Assembly (NCBI GenBank): GCA_041645165.1
Contig: JBAZQN010000009.1
Span: 4,674 to 68,673 of the forward strand
Length of the DNA stretch: 64,000 nucleotides
Origin: Patescibacteria group bacterium
GTDB lineage: Bacteria > Patescibacteriota > Patescibacteriia > 2-02-FULL-49-11
Direction of reading: 5' to 3'
Made by a program: the position numbers and the translations under genes. The notes under the pieces were generated by a model. That model did not search any database and was not told the DNA's origin. It saw only the letters and a list, made by a program, of their open reading frames with translations. Below are positions 48,764 to 58,985 of this stretch, in pieces (position 1 is the stretch's first letter; every line of letters begins with the position of its first letter).

Positions 48764-49684
48764 ATGCGCGAGAGTAATATAATTCTATTTCACAGAGAAA
48801 TTAGGGCACGATTAGGCCGTGAATATCAAGCTGGCACCATGCACCATGCCTATCTTTTTACCGGCCCGCGCGGCATAGGCAAGGCCACATTGGCCAAGTG
48901 GTGCGCGCAAATGGTCCAGTGTGAAGCTTTAGCATTATCTGACGCGCCATGCGGAAAATGCGCACATTGCCGCGCGATTGAGCACGGCACCATGCCGGAT
49001 GTGACTATAGCCGCTGCGGACCGCAACGTGCGCACCGTCAGTATTCGCGAAGTGCGGGACGCGCAGGAGAGGCTTCATCAGACTCCTCTTAAGGGCCGTT
49101 TTTCCGTCCTTATTCTCATAGACGCAGACCGCGGTACGATTGCCGCACAGAACGCCTTCTTGAAAACGCTGGAAGAGCCGCATCCGCGCTCACTCCTTAT
49201 TCTTACTGCAACGCAGCCATCACTGCTACTGCCCACCATCCATTCGCGGGTCGCCGCGATCCCTTTCAAGCGCATCTCCCATCATGATATGATGAGTGCT
49301 CTTAAATCAGAGTCCGTTGCCGCAGAACAGCTCATCCCTCTTGCTAACTATGCGCAGGGAGTGCCAGGAAAAATTTTCGATAATTTTAAACTGCGCGAGG
49401 ATGTGGCGTCTATGTTGGCGCAAGTTGATGCGCTTAAAGATTTTAAAAACGCGCCTTTTTGGGAATTACAGACGCAGATTCGCAAGATGCTGGCGCGCTA
49501 TGGGAAAGCGCCTGACGCGTTATTGCAGCTCTTGCGCAATGAAATGGCGCTCCTGTTCCGTGATCAGGACGTTTCACCCTGCGCGCGCAAGGCGCTTGGC
49601 GCACTTTGGTCCGCGCACGCGCATCATGTCAATCAAGATTTAGCCCTTGATATATTATCGTTATCACTTGCGCAACGCCTATGA
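48764..49684 (+). CDS. holB: DNA polymerase III delta-prime subunit
   Basis: HAYLFTGPRGIGK, PCGKC..C, AQNAFLKTLEEP, LLPTIHSR. Confidence 0.9.
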   Translation: MRESNIILFHREIRARLGREYQAGTMHHAYLFTGPRGIGKATLAKWCAQMVQCEALALSDAPCGKCAHCRAIEHGTMPDVTIAAADRNVRTVSIREVRDAQERLHQTPLKGRFSVLILIDADRGTIAAQNAFLKTLEEPHPRSLLILTATQPSLLLPTIHSRVAAIPFKRISHHDMMSALKSESVAAEQLIPLANYAQGVPGKIFDNFKLREDVASMLAQVDALKDFKNAPFWELQTQIRKMLARYGKAPDALLQLLRNEMALLFRDQDVSPCARKALGALWSAHAHHVNQDLALDILSLSLAQRL

Positions 49685-50730
49685 TGAAATCCATTCTCTT
49701 TATCCTTCTTTCCATGATGCTTTTTACCGGAATTTCATGCAGTACCATATCATTGTCAACGAACAAGGCGACAGATGGCGGGGTGTATAAGTCCCTGAAT
49801 CGCGGCGAAATATGGGAACAGAAAGTATTTGTGGAAAAAGTAAAAAAGAAAATCAACACTATTGCGAGTGTCAATGTGAAGCGATTTGTGGCAGATCCGG
49901 AAGATAGCAGAGTTATCTACCTTATTACGCGCGAATCCGGCCTTTGGAAGACTACAGATGGGGCGGAGCGGTGGTTCTCCATTTACCAAGGAGGGGGCAT
50001 CTCCTCGCTGGTACTTGATGCGCGCGATACCGCCCGGCTGTATCTCGCGGCAGGGAATAGGATATTGACCTCTGGCGACGGGGGGAATACCTGGGAAGAG
50101 ATATATCTTGAACCGCGTTCCAATGTCAGCATTACGAGCCTTTTGATAAATCGTAATGATGCGCGGCACGTAATCGCTTCTACGAGCGCGGGAGATATCC
50201 TGGAAAGCAGGGATGAGGGAGGAAGTTGGAAAGTAGCGTACCGTTTCGATATGCCGGTATTGGGGCTTTTGCAGTTGCCGAAATCAAATTATATTTTTGC
50301 CACCACGCAGAATCAGGGCATTTGGCGCAGCACGGACGAAGGCAAAACATGGAAGTCGGTTTCAGAATCACTGAAGGAGTTCTCCGGTGCGCTTGAAAAT
50401 AAGACGCTCATTCCCGATCCCGCCACCCCAAACGCGCTTTTGCTCGCGACAGTATACGGCATTTTTCGCACCACGAACAACGGCGATGCATGGCAGTCCA
50501 TACCCCTCATATCAAAGCCGGGGACCATAGAAATCCTTTCATTGGCGGTGAATCCAAAGAATTCGTCACAAATCTATTACACGGTGCCTCAAGCGCTCTA
50601 TGCAAGCAGCAATGGCGGCGCGCGTTGGGCAACGCTCGCGCTTCCCAGCGGCAGACTCCCTACTGCGCTTTCCGTTGATGCGTATAACCCGGATATCCTC
50701 TATATGGGGGTTACGAATCCCAAAAAGTAG
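49681..50730 (+). CDS. BNR/Asp-box beta-propeller lipoprotein (YCF48/sortilin-like)
   Basis: Repeated S.DGG..W boxes; leader ending GISC. Confidence 0.88.
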   Translation: MMKSILFILLSMMLFTGISCSTISLSTNKATDGGVYKSLNRGEIWEQKVFVEKVKKKINTIASVNVKRFVADPEDSRVIYLITRESGLWKTTDGAERWFSIYQGGGISSLVLDARDTARLYLAAGNRILTSGDGGNTWEEIYLEPRSNVSITSLLINRNDARHVIASTSAGDILESRDEGGSWKVAYRFDMPVLGLLQLPKSNYIFATTQNQGIWRSTDEGKTWKSVSESLKEFSGALENKTLIPDPATPNALLLATVYGIFRTTNNGDAWQSIPLISKPGTIEILSLAVNPKNSSQIYYTVPQALYASSNGGARWATLALPSGRLPTALSVDAYNPDILYMGVTNPKK

Positions 50731-50839
50731 TGTCGGAGATTGTCTCCGACCAATCGGTGGCAGACAAGCTGCCACGCTACACGATTTCTTAATTCTTCAT
50801 TCTACATTCTAAATTCATATTTTTTAATTCTCATATTGT

Positions 50840-51391
50840 ATGCCTACTCCTCTTGACTCCCTCGTCTCTGATTACCAAAAAATCAAAGAGCATTTTGAGC
50901 ATGAGCTTTCCACGATACGCACAGGGAGAGCCATGCCATCGTTGATTGAGCACGTGCCGATCGCGGCATACGGCTCCACGATGCGCCTTATGGAAGTGGC
51001 GTCCATTTCTGTGCCAGACCCTAAAACGTTGGTCGTTGAGGCATGGGATAAGCAGCTGATCCGCGATATTGAACGGGGGCTGATAGAAGCGAACACTGGC
51101 TGCAGCGTGGCGGTGGACAAGGACGTCATCAGGCTTTCTGTCCCCGCTCTTACCCAAGAAACGCGCGAGAAGATGAAAAAAAGCGTCCAGAAAGAAGTGG
51201 AACAGGCAAAAGTAGCGCTTCGCGCGTTAAGGGATTCGGTGAAGCAACAGATTAACGGGCAAGAAAAAGAAAAGGCCATTTCGGAGGATGAGAAATTCCG
51301 CCTTTTGGAGCGCCTTGATAAGGAAATAAAGCAATTTCAGGATGCGTTTGACGAGCTGGGGAAGAAGAAGGAGAAGGAGCTTGAATTTTAA
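50840..51391 (+). CDS. frr: Ribosome recycling factor
   Basis: IRTGRA, YGS, P.LT.E.R, ISEDE, KKEKEL. Confidence 0.95.
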   Translation: MPTPLDSLVSDYQKIKEHFEHELSTIRTGRAMPSLIEHVPIAAYGSTMRLMEVASISVPDPKTLVVEAWDKQLIRDIERGLIEANTGCSVAVDKDVIRLSVPALTQETREKMKKSVQKEVEQAKVALRALRDSVKQQINGQEKEKAISEDEKFRLLERLDKEIKQFQDAFDELGKKKEKELEF

Positions 51392-51412
51392 TTAGGCAGC
51401 CCGCATAAAGCT

Positions 51413-52579
51413 ATGGCCACATTCATTACATTTATTATCATCTTCAGCCTTCTCATCTTCCTGCATGAGCTGGGGCATTTTTTGACTGCGCGGCGCTTCG
51501 GGGTTCGCGTCATTGAATTTGGTTTCGGGCTTCCCGCGAGGCTTATTGGGGTCATGCGAATGAACGGCACATGGAAGGTGGTGGGAAGTTCTTATGCGCC
51601 CCAAGAGCAAGACTCGACCATCTATTCCCTGAACTGGATACCATTTGGAGGTTTTGTAAAACTTTACGGCGAGGATAAAGTGGACGAAGAGCAGGGAAAG
51701 GGGAGCATTTCCCGCTTACCCGCGTGGCAGCGCATCATCATATTAAGCGCAGGCGTTGCCATGAATGTGCTTTTTACCATTGTGCTGTTCAGCGCCGGAT
51801 TTATGACCGGTACACCCTCAGTCATTGAAGATGATCTTTCATCTCATGCCAGCCTCCGCGATGTCCGCATTCAGATTGTCGAAGTCATCCCGAATTCTCC
51901 GGCTTCAGCCGCGAATATTGCGCTTCGAGACACGATACGCGCCATTAACGGCGTAGAGGTTGATTCTATCCAGGAGTTTCAAAATACGATCCGGAGCATG
52001 GAAGGAAATTCCCTCACGCTTACTCTTGAGAGCAATGGCATCACGCGCGATGTCTCGGTAAAGCCTCAAAAGCTCCCCGAGGGGGGCGATGTTCCTCTTG
52101 TGGGAGTCGGGCTTATCCGCACCGGAGTCGTATCCTACCCATGGTACCTTGCCGTGTACGAGGGGATAAGGAGCACCTATTATCTCACGCAGCACCTTAT
52201 CCAGACGTTTATCGCCATACTTGTTAAATTAATTACCACGGGGAGCACTCAAGCGGTCATATCCGGCCCGGTAGGAATTGCAGTGCTTACCGGTGAGGTG
52301 GTCCATTTGGGATTTTTGTATGTGCTGCAATTCGCGGCAACACTTTCGCTTAATCTCGCCATCCTGAATTATCTGCCTATTCCCGCGCTTGACGGCGGGA
52401 GGGTGCTTTTCATTTTTATAGAGATATTGCGAGGAAAAGCGGTAAACAGAAAATTAGAGTCCATAACCCATACGGTCGGCTTTGCGCTGTTGCTCCTCTT
52501 GATTGTATTTGTGACTTACCGGGACGTGCTTCGCTACGGGGCGGGGATACTCCAGGCTCTTAAATCTTTTATTGGCTAG
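51413..52579 (+). CDS. rseP: Site-2 metalloprotease RseP with PDZ domain
   Basis: HELGH, IPFGGFV, SGPVGI, N.LPIPALDGG. Confidence 0.96.
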   Translation: MATFITFIIIFSLLIFLHELGHFLTARRFGVRVIEFGFGLPARLIGVMRMNGTWKVVGSSYAPQEQDSTIYSLNWIPFGGFVKLYGEDKVDEEQGKGSISRLPAWQRIIILSAGVAMNVLFTIVLFSAGFMTGTPSVIEDDLSSHASLRDVRIQIVEVIPNSPASAANIALRDTIRAINGVEVDSIQEFQNTIRSMEGNSLTLTLESNGITRDVSVKPQKLPEGGDVPLVGVGLIRTGVVSYPWYLAVYEGIRSTYYLTQHLIQTFIAILVKLITTGSTQAVISGPVGIAVLTGEVVHLGFLYVLQFAATLSLNLAILNYLPIPALDGGRVLFIFIEILRGKAVNRKLESITHTVGFALLLLLIVFVTYRDVLRYGAGILQALKSFIG

Positions 52580-52684
52580 TGCCGTAACAATTTAATTATG
52601 CCATATCACTGGCGCGTTTTGAACAGTATTTACAGGGAGATTTGGCACTATGCATGTTGCGAAACTTAATTGTTACGGTACTAG
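52576..52684. mobile_element. 109-nt MITE-like element with CTAG ends
   Basis: ctagtgccgtaacaatt / aattgttacggtactag (16/17 inverted match); left CTAG contains the rseP stop. Confidence 0.8.
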
Positions 52685-52718
52685 GGCACGTAAATTAATA
52701 AACTTTTCAACTTCCACT

Positions 52719-52833
52719 GTCATTCCCGCCCCGTATGCCGTTACGGGGTAAACTCCAGCGGGAATCCAGAAATTAAAAGAAACATCTATTTTTGTTTATT
52801 TTTGTCTGGATTCCAGATCAAGTCTGGAATGAC
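52719..52833. repeat. REP/RPE-like paired hairpins gtcattcccgc...gcgggaatccag...ctggattcc...ggaatgac
   Basis: Two attcc/ggaat hairpins in inverted arrangement; the first loop holds an extra ccccgta/tacgggg hairpin. Confidence 0.75.
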
Positions 52834-52945
52834 GGAATGAATAACTTATTGTTTTACAACGCCTTAGTTCCATAATGAGATAGAAAAAGAATATCTGCGT
52901 AAATCTGCGTGAAAACTCTTTTACTATATTGTTCTATACTTTCAT

Positions 52946-54178
52946 ATGAGACAGTCACAATTATTTGGACATACCATGAAACAGGATCCGAAGGATGAGG
53001 TAAGCGCGAATGCCAAATTATTGGTACGCGCCGGTTTTGTCGACAAAGTGGGCGCGGGGATCTACAGCTATCTGCCTTTGGGGATTCGCGTGATCCAGAA
53101 AATTTCTGATGCCGTACGGCGCGCCATGAATGCATTGGGAGGGCAGGAGTTGCTCATGCCCACCTTGCATCCGAAAGAATATTGGGAAGCAACAGGCCGA
53201 TGGGACAGTTTTGACGTGCTCTACCGCTTGAAAGCGCGCGAGGACCGTGAATTTGCCCTTGGACCTACCCATGAGGAAATCCTTACCCCCTTGGCCGCGA
53301 AGTTTATTTCTTCTTATAAGGATTTGCCCCTGTCACTTTATCAGATTCAAACTAAATTCCGCGATGAGCCGAGGGTAAAATCAGGTGTCTTAAGGGGGCG
53401 CGAATTTCTCATGAAAGACATGTATAGTTTCCACACCAGCGGAGATGATTTACAGGTTTATTACGACAAGGTGAAAGAAGGCTATCAGAAACTGTTTGAA
53501 TCATTTGGGCTTCTCGCGTATTGCGCGGAGGCAACAGGCGGGACCTTTTCTAAATATTCACATGAATTCCAAGTGCTCACCCCTGCAGGGGAAGACACCA
53601 TTTATTACTGCACGCATTGCGCATACGCGCGCAACAAAGAGATTATTGATGAATTAGACGATACGTCCCATTGTCCCCGCTGCGGCCATGCTTTTTCGCA
53701 AGGGCTCATGTCGGAAGTGGGCAATATCTTCAATTTGGGGACAAAATTTTCTGATTCCTGCAATCTCCAGTATACTGACGAATCAGGGGAGAAACACCCG
53801 ATTCTCATGGGTTGTTATGGGATCGGCATTTCACGCTTGATGGGAGTGCTCACCGAAGTGTTTCATGATAACGACGGCATACTCTGGCCGGAATCCGTGG
53901 CGCCGTATGCAGTCCATCTGGTCACGCTGGGAGGCGACGCGTCCATAATTAAGTCAGGCGAGGAAATGTATCAGTCGCTGCTTAATGCAGGCATAGAAGT
54001 GTTATTCGATGAAAGGTCTATATCGAGCGGTGAAAAATTGAAAGATGCCGACCTTATAGGCCTGCCGCTGCGGCTGGTGATAAGCGAAAAAACAAAAGGG
54101 CAAGTCGAGATGAAATACAGGAACCAAAAAAATGTATCTTTCGTCGCACGTGATGAGGTGTTAAAGAAACTTAAATAA
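52946..54178 (+). CDS. proS: Proline--tRNA ligase (short form without editing insertion)
   Basis: LGPTHEE, YQIQTKFRDE.R, REFLMKD.YSF, MGCYGIG. Confidence 0.97.
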   Translation: MRQSQLFGHTMKQDPKDEVSANAKLLVRAGFVDKVGAGIYSYLPLGIRVIQKISDAVRRAMNALGGQELLMPTLHPKEYWEATGRWDSFDVLYRLKAREDREFALGPTHEEILTPLAAKFISSYKDLPLSLYQIQTKFRDEPRVKSGVLRGREFLMKDMYSFHTSGDDLQVYYDKVKEGYQKLFESFGLLAYCAEATGGTFSKYSHEFQVLTPAGEDTIYYCTHCAYARNKEIIDELDDTSHCPRCGHAFSQGLMSEVGNIFNLGTKFSDSCNLQYTDESGEKHPILMGCYGIGISRLMGVLTEVFHDNDGILWPESVAPYAVHLVTLGGDASIIKSGEEMYQSLLNAGIEVLFDERSISSGEKLKDADLIGLPLRLVISEKTKGQVEMKYRNQKNVSFVARDEVLKKLK

Positions 54179-54294
54179 TTTATTGTATTGATATTTCAAT
54201 CATTGAGACCTCCCCATCCCCTTCCCGCGTCAAGCTCGGGACAGGCTCTTAGTAAGGAGGGGACGTGAGAGGGCGGTTTCCTTAATTCAGTTTT

Positions 54295-55335
54295 ATGTTT
54301 GACGGCATTTTGGGAAAATTTTCACATGATTTAGGGGTTGATTTGGGTACCGCGAATACGCTGGTATATGTGCGTGATAAGGGCATTGTGATCAATGAGC
54401 CTTCGGTGGTGGCGGTCAATACGCGAAACAATCAAATCGTGGCAGTAGGGGATGATGCCAAAAAGATGATCGGGAAAACTCCTCCGCATATTGTTGCGAC
54501 GCGGCCGCTGGTGGACGGCATTATTTCAGACTTTGAAGCGACAGAACGCATGCTGCGATATTTTATTGATAAGGTGCACCAGGACGGATTTTCCCTCGTG
54601 CCGCGCCCTCTGGTAGTGATTGGTATACCACTTGATGTCACTGAGGTGGAGAAAAAAGCAGTGGAAGACGCCGCGCTCTCCGCGGGTGCGCGCAGGGTCT
54701 ATCTGGTGGAAGAGCCGATGGCCGCGGCGATCGGCGCGCGGCTGCCTGTCCATGAAGCGGCAGGGAACATGGTGGTGGACATAGGCGGAGGCACGACTGA
54801 AATTGCTGTCATTTCATTGGCAGGAGTCGTGAATTGGCGAAGCCTGCGCATCGCGGGCGATGAGCTCACTGCTGATATCGTCCAGTATGTGAGGGATAAT
54901 TTTAATGTGCTGATCGGCGATAAAACGGCAGAAATGGTTAAGATAACGCTTGGTTCCGCCTATCCATCCGCCGAGCCGAGATTCATGAAAATACGCGGCA
55001 GGGATTTGCTCACCGGCTTGCCGAAAGAAGTTTCGCTTAATGATGCGCAGGTGAGGGATGCGTTAAGCCGTACGGTCCATTTGCTTCTTGAGAATATCAC
55101 TGCGACGGTGGAGCTCACCCCTCCCGAGCTCGTTTCCGATATTTACGAACGCGGCATTGCGTTAAGCGGCGGCGGGGCGTTATTGAGAGGGCTGCCTGAA
55201 CTTATCATGGCAGAGACTGGCATTCGCACTTTTATGGTTGACGATCCGCTCACGTGTGTGGCGCGGGGGACTGGAATAATTCTTGAAAATATTAAAGAAT
55301 ATCAGTCATTGCTCGTGCCCCTGACTACAGAGTAA
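54295..55335 (+). CDS. mreB: Rod shape-determining protein MreB (paralog 2)
   Basis: GVDLGTANT, EEPMAAAIGA, DIGGGTTE; upstream of mreC. Confidence 0.97.
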   Translation: MFDGILGKFSHDLGVDLGTANTLVYVRDKGIVINEPSVVAVNTRNNQIVAVGDDAKKMIGKTPPHIVATRPLVDGIISDFEATERMLRYFIDKVHQDGFSLVPRPLVVIGIPLDVTEVEKKAVEDAALSAGARRVYLVEEPMAAAIGARLPVHEAAGNMVVDIGGGTTEIAVISLAGVVNWRSLRIAGDELTADIVQYVRDNFNVLIGDKTAEMVKITLGSAYPSAEPRFMKIRGRDLLTGLPKEVSLNDAQVRDALSRTVHLLLENITATVELTPPELVSDIYERGIALSGGGALLRGLPELIMAETGIRTFMVDDPLTCVARGTGIILENIKEYQSLLVPLTTE

Positions 55336-55338
55336 CAT

Positions 55339-56124
55339 ATGGCATCATCATCACGAAATTTGCTGTGGGCAATTGTGGGCGGATGCGTATTCACGCTTCT
55401 TCTTTTTTTTCATACGCTTGATCTGCTTCTTCAGCCATTGCAGAGAGCTCTAGATCCGCTTGAGCGTTTTTTTATGTTGCGCTCCCAAACGGTCCAACAA
55501 TGGTTTGAGGACCGCAATGCAGTGATTCAGGAACGGGACGCGCTGCGCAGCACGCTTCAAGGGTTCTATCAGCAAGTGCAGGATGCGGAATCCTGCATGC
55601 AAGAAAATGCGGAACTTAGCGAGCTTCTCGGTATACATACTACTTACCGCATTGAACAGGTGGCTGCGAAAATTGTGAATTATGCAAATTTAAGCCGCAC
55701 CCGCATTACCATTGATAAAGGGTTACGGGAGGGGGTCACCAAGGGTGATGCGGTGGTGGTGGGGAGCGGCATAATTATAGGTAAAGTGGTGGACGCTACA
55801 AATGAACGCGCAACCGTCGCATTATTGACTGATGCCGATGTATCGCTTGCCGCAACTTTGGCAGGCAGTACTAACGAGGAAGGCATCGTGCGAAGCCGCA
55901 GAGGAGCGCTTATGCTTGATTTTATTCCTCAAGGGATGGAGCTGCCGGTCGGCCATCTTGTAGTTACTGCGGGAAGCGATGAGCGCATACCGCGTAACTT
56001 CACGATTGGTTATGTAACTGCGTTAGTGACCGATAAAAGCGCGCCATTCCAATCAGCGCTCATTGAGCAATCTATTTCCATTGCTGATTATGCCTTTGTT
56101 TCAGTACTTAAGGGGAACCAATAA
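55339..56124 (+). CDS. mreC: Rod shape-determining protein MreC
   Basis: TM plus coiled coil, EN..L..LL, IDKG...GV..G, GIIIGKV, V.T.G. Confidence 0.9.
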   Translation: MASSSRNLLWAIVGGCVFTLLLFFHTLDLLLQPLQRALDPLERFFMLRSQTVQQWFEDRNAVIQERDALRSTLQGFYQQVQDAESCMQENAELSELLGIHTTYRIEQVAAKIVNYANLSRTRITIDKGLREGVTKGDAVVVGSGIIIGKVVDATNERATVALLTDADVSLAATLAGSTNEEGIVRSRRGALMLDFIPQGMELPVGHLVVTAGSDERIPRNFTIGYVTALVTDKSAPFQSALIEQSISIADYAFVSVLKGNQ

Positions 56125-56152
56125 AGGAAAAGACAAGCATCTTTTTTCAAAA

Positions 56153-56629
56153 TTGCTTCTTTTTGCATGGGGAGTTGCGCTCACGCTCTTTATTTTATTT
56201 TTATCCACACTATTCCCGTACCCTATTAGCCTGATTTCATTCGCGCTTGTAAGTGTTATAATGTTGCGAAAGTATGCAGGAATACCCCCTACGCTTGCAT
56301 GGCTACTCATGATAGGCCTGTATCATGATATCGAGGCTTATCCCGCCATGCCGCTGCTTACCATGCAGCTTTTATGCGCGCTGCTCGTGTTTGAAGCTGT
56401 CGGGCACAGGTTTCACATTTTCGTAAATATAAGCGCGGCCGCAGGCATGGCAGGTGTGATTGCATGGACGGGGGAGTTGATCACCCATAACGGTTCGGGA
56501 ATAATAAATATAAAAATGATGGCAATCTCTATCGTATTGACTGCACTCACATCTGCAGTGTTCATAAATCTCGCATCTCTAATAATGCATGTGGTTAAGA
56601 AATTATTTCGATTCCGTTATGCCCAGTAA
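56153..56629 (+). CDS. MreD-like membrane protein (start uncertain)
   Basis: Five hydrophobic segments, G...D motif, lies between mreC and mrdA; only TTG starts available near the 5' end. Confidence 0.65.
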   Translation: MLLFAWGVALTLFILFLSTLFPYPISLISFALVSVIMLRKYAGIPPTLAWLLMIGLYHDIEAYPAMPLLTMQLLCALLVFEAVGHRFHIFVNISAAAGMAGVIAWTGELITHNGSGIINIKMMAISIVLTALTSAVFINLASLIMHVVKKLFRFRYAQ

Positions 56630-56846
56630 TACAATATCCAAGAGGGAGGCGAAAACTTTAGTGCAAGGAATGGATAATGTAACATAATTCAGGTCAGAAT
56701 ATTAAAGAGCATCTTCATAGCCTCCCTCACCAATCGCCAAACGCTTTCCTCAATCATTATTATGCATCACCACTCCAAGGTCGCATTCATTCTATGGATT
56801 TATACAATGCCAGTCGCGTTTGGCGTTGGATATTGATATTCTGGGT

Positions 56847-58751
56847 ATGCAACCTGATCCATTGTTTGGCCCGCAAGAACTATCCTATAAAGGAAGGTCA
56901 TCCCATACGCAGCAAGGATATGACGTTGATTCTCCTCTGCCGCAGGAATCAAAATCTGCCCTTACCCCTCCTCTGTCCCGCAATGCGCTCCGTGTAATGA
57001 CTTTAGCAATGTTCGCGATAGGCATAGTATTTTTTTTTCGCATTATCTATCTCGAAATTATTAAAGGGAGCGAATACCGTGCGGTGTCTGAAGAGAACAG
57101 GCTGCGCGTCGAATGGATTCCTGCAGTACGGGGGTTAATTTATGACCGGCAGGGGAATGCATTGGTATCAAATGAACCGCAATTAAGTCTCCTGCTCTTT
57201 CCTAAATTGTTACCCGCGGACGCATTGAAAAGAAAAGAAATGGCAGCGCTTCTTAAACGCCTTGAGCCGCGCATTGATGAAGCAACCACTTTTGCGATTA
57301 CCGATCCAAGCAATGCGCTGGGCGCTTCTGTGCCGCTTCTTGATTCGCTTGATCGCCAGAATGCGGTAAAAATAATGGCATATAGCGATCAGTTGCCTGG
57401 CATCCAAGTGGAAACTGCGCTTATGAGGTTTACCAAAGAGGGAGAATCGCTTTCGCACGCAGTAGGATTCATGGGACGCATTGATCCAGAATCGTTTAAA
57501 CGCTTGGAAGCGCACCCTAAGCAGTATCAGCAGAATGATTTTATTGGCAAGACGGGCATAGAACAGTATTATGAAGAGACGCTGCGCGGAATGCCAGGGA
57601 GAAGAGTGGTGGAGGTGGATGCGCGGGGGGAGACGAAAGCAACCATCGCGGAAGAATCACCTGTGCACGGTACGGACCTTACCCTCAGTATTTCTGTTTC
57701 GCTCCAGGATGCCCTTTTCAACGCGCTTACGCGCGAGGTGCGCGTTTGCAATAGTCCCGGTGGCGCCGCAGTGGCTTTAGATCCCAGAAATGGCGAAATC
57801 CTTGCACTGGTAAGCGCCCCATCTTTTAATGCGCATACTTTTGCAGGTGGAGACGCCACCTATACCCGTTCTATTATTGAAGACACGCAATACCCTCTTT
57901 TTAACCGGGCCATCGCCGGCCAATATCCCACCGGTTCCATAATTAAACCGATTTTTGCGGCAGCAGCACTCAATGAAGGAATAGTAACTCCTTCTACGGT
58001 CATATCTTCCACAGGAGGGTTGAAAGTGGGTGCATGGTTTTTTCCTGACTGGAAGGCGGGCGGCCATGGATTGGTGACCTTGCGGGGCGCATTGGCAGAA
58101 TCCGTGAACACGTATTTCTATATTATTGGCGGAGGATATGAGGACCAAGAAGGATTAGGGGTCGAACGCATGGCACGGTATGCAGGCGCGTTTGGTTTGG
58201 GTGATCAAACGCATCTAGACCTATTCGGCGAGGCCACAGGATTTCTTCCTACACCGCAATGGAAAGAAGATGCCAAAGGAGAGCCATGGTATATTGGCGA
58301 TACGTACCACTTTGCGATCGGACAAGGGGATGTGCTTGCCACCCCGCTCCAAATGGCGATCATGACTGCGGTATTTGCCAATGGGGGAAACGTGGTAATA
58401 CCTCATCTTTTACAGAATGGCACCAAATCATATATTAAAGAAAATCTTCTCACGAGCGGAGTATTAAATAATAATGCGATCGATGAAGTGAAGAAAGGCC
58501 TTGTGGAAACGGTACGTACAGGGAGCGCTAGGTCACTCGCGGGTTTTCCGGTGCCTATAGCCGGCAAAACAGGAACTGCCCAAATTGGAGGAGATGCGTC
58601 TCCTCATGCCTGGTTTACCGCGTATGCGCCAGCAGACGCGCCGGAAATCGTCATAACAGTCATTGTAGAGCAAGGAGGGGAGGGGAGCGCAGCGGCGGTT
58701 CCCGTGGCCAGGGACGGCTTTTTGTGGTGGTACCAGCAGAGAAATGATTGA
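56847..58751 (+). CDS. mrdA: Penicillin-binding protein 2
   Basis: RGLIYDRQG, GKTGIE, GSIIK (SxxK), SVN, KTGTAQ. Confidence 0.95.
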   Translation: MQPDPLFGPQELSYKGRSSHTQQGYDVDSPLPQESKSALTPPLSRNALRVMTLAMFAIGIVFFFRIIYLEIIKGSEYRAVSEENRLRVEWIPAVRGLIYDRQGNALVSNEPQLSLLLFPKLLPADALKRKEMAALLKRLEPRIDEATTFAITDPSNALGASVPLLDSLDRQNAVKIMAYSDQLPGIQVETALMRFTKEGESLSHAVGFMGRIDPESFKRLEAHPKQYQQNDFIGKTGIEQYYEETLRGMPGRRVVEVDARGETKATIAEESPVHGTDLTLSISVSLQDALFNALTREVRVCNSPGGAAVALDPRNGEILALVSAPSFNAHTFAGGDATYTRSIIEDTQYPLFNRAIAGQYPTGSIIKPIFAAAALNEGIVTPSTVISSTGGLKVGAWFFPDWKAGGHGLVTLRGALAESVNTYFYIIGGGYEDQEGLGVERMARYAGAFGLGDQTHLDLFGEATGFLPTPQWKEDAKGEPWYIGDTYHFAIGQGDVLATPLQMAIMTAVFANGGNVVIPHLLQNGTKSYIKENLLTSGVLNNNAIDEVKKGLVETVRTGSARSLAGFPVPIAGKTGTAQIGGDASPHAWFTAYAPADAPEIVITVIVEQGGEGSAAAVPVARDGFLWWYQQRND

Positions 58752-58839
58752 TGAGTTTTGATTTATGATTTATGATGATATCTAGACAGGTGAATAAATC
58801 GTAGAGCTTAATTAGACAGTAGAAGAATATCTGCGTACA

Positions 58840-58941
58840 CCTGCCCGCCATAGCCTTTCCCCTAGGAATATCGCGCCCATGGTGTTGCATCTGAATATTG
58901 AGACTGCATTTGTTGATTATAGACAGGCGTAGGCAGGCGGG
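58840..58941. repeat. Element with cctgcccgcc / ggcaggcggg ends inserted in a tctgcgt decamer array
   Basis: Removing it leaves aagaatatctgcgtaca|tctgcgtgaa, matching the intact aagaatatctgcgtaaatctgcgtgaa near 52886-52912. Confidence 0.75.
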
Positions 58942-58985
58942 TCTGCGTGAATACTTTTCATTGAATTATTCTACGTTCTCATAAT

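Noticed and set aside
47634-55335. Two mreB genes, PduL+AckA, short AlaRS/ProRS/L13 as novelties
   Set aside because: As I recall these are common in CPR genomes; they are used only as lineage evidence
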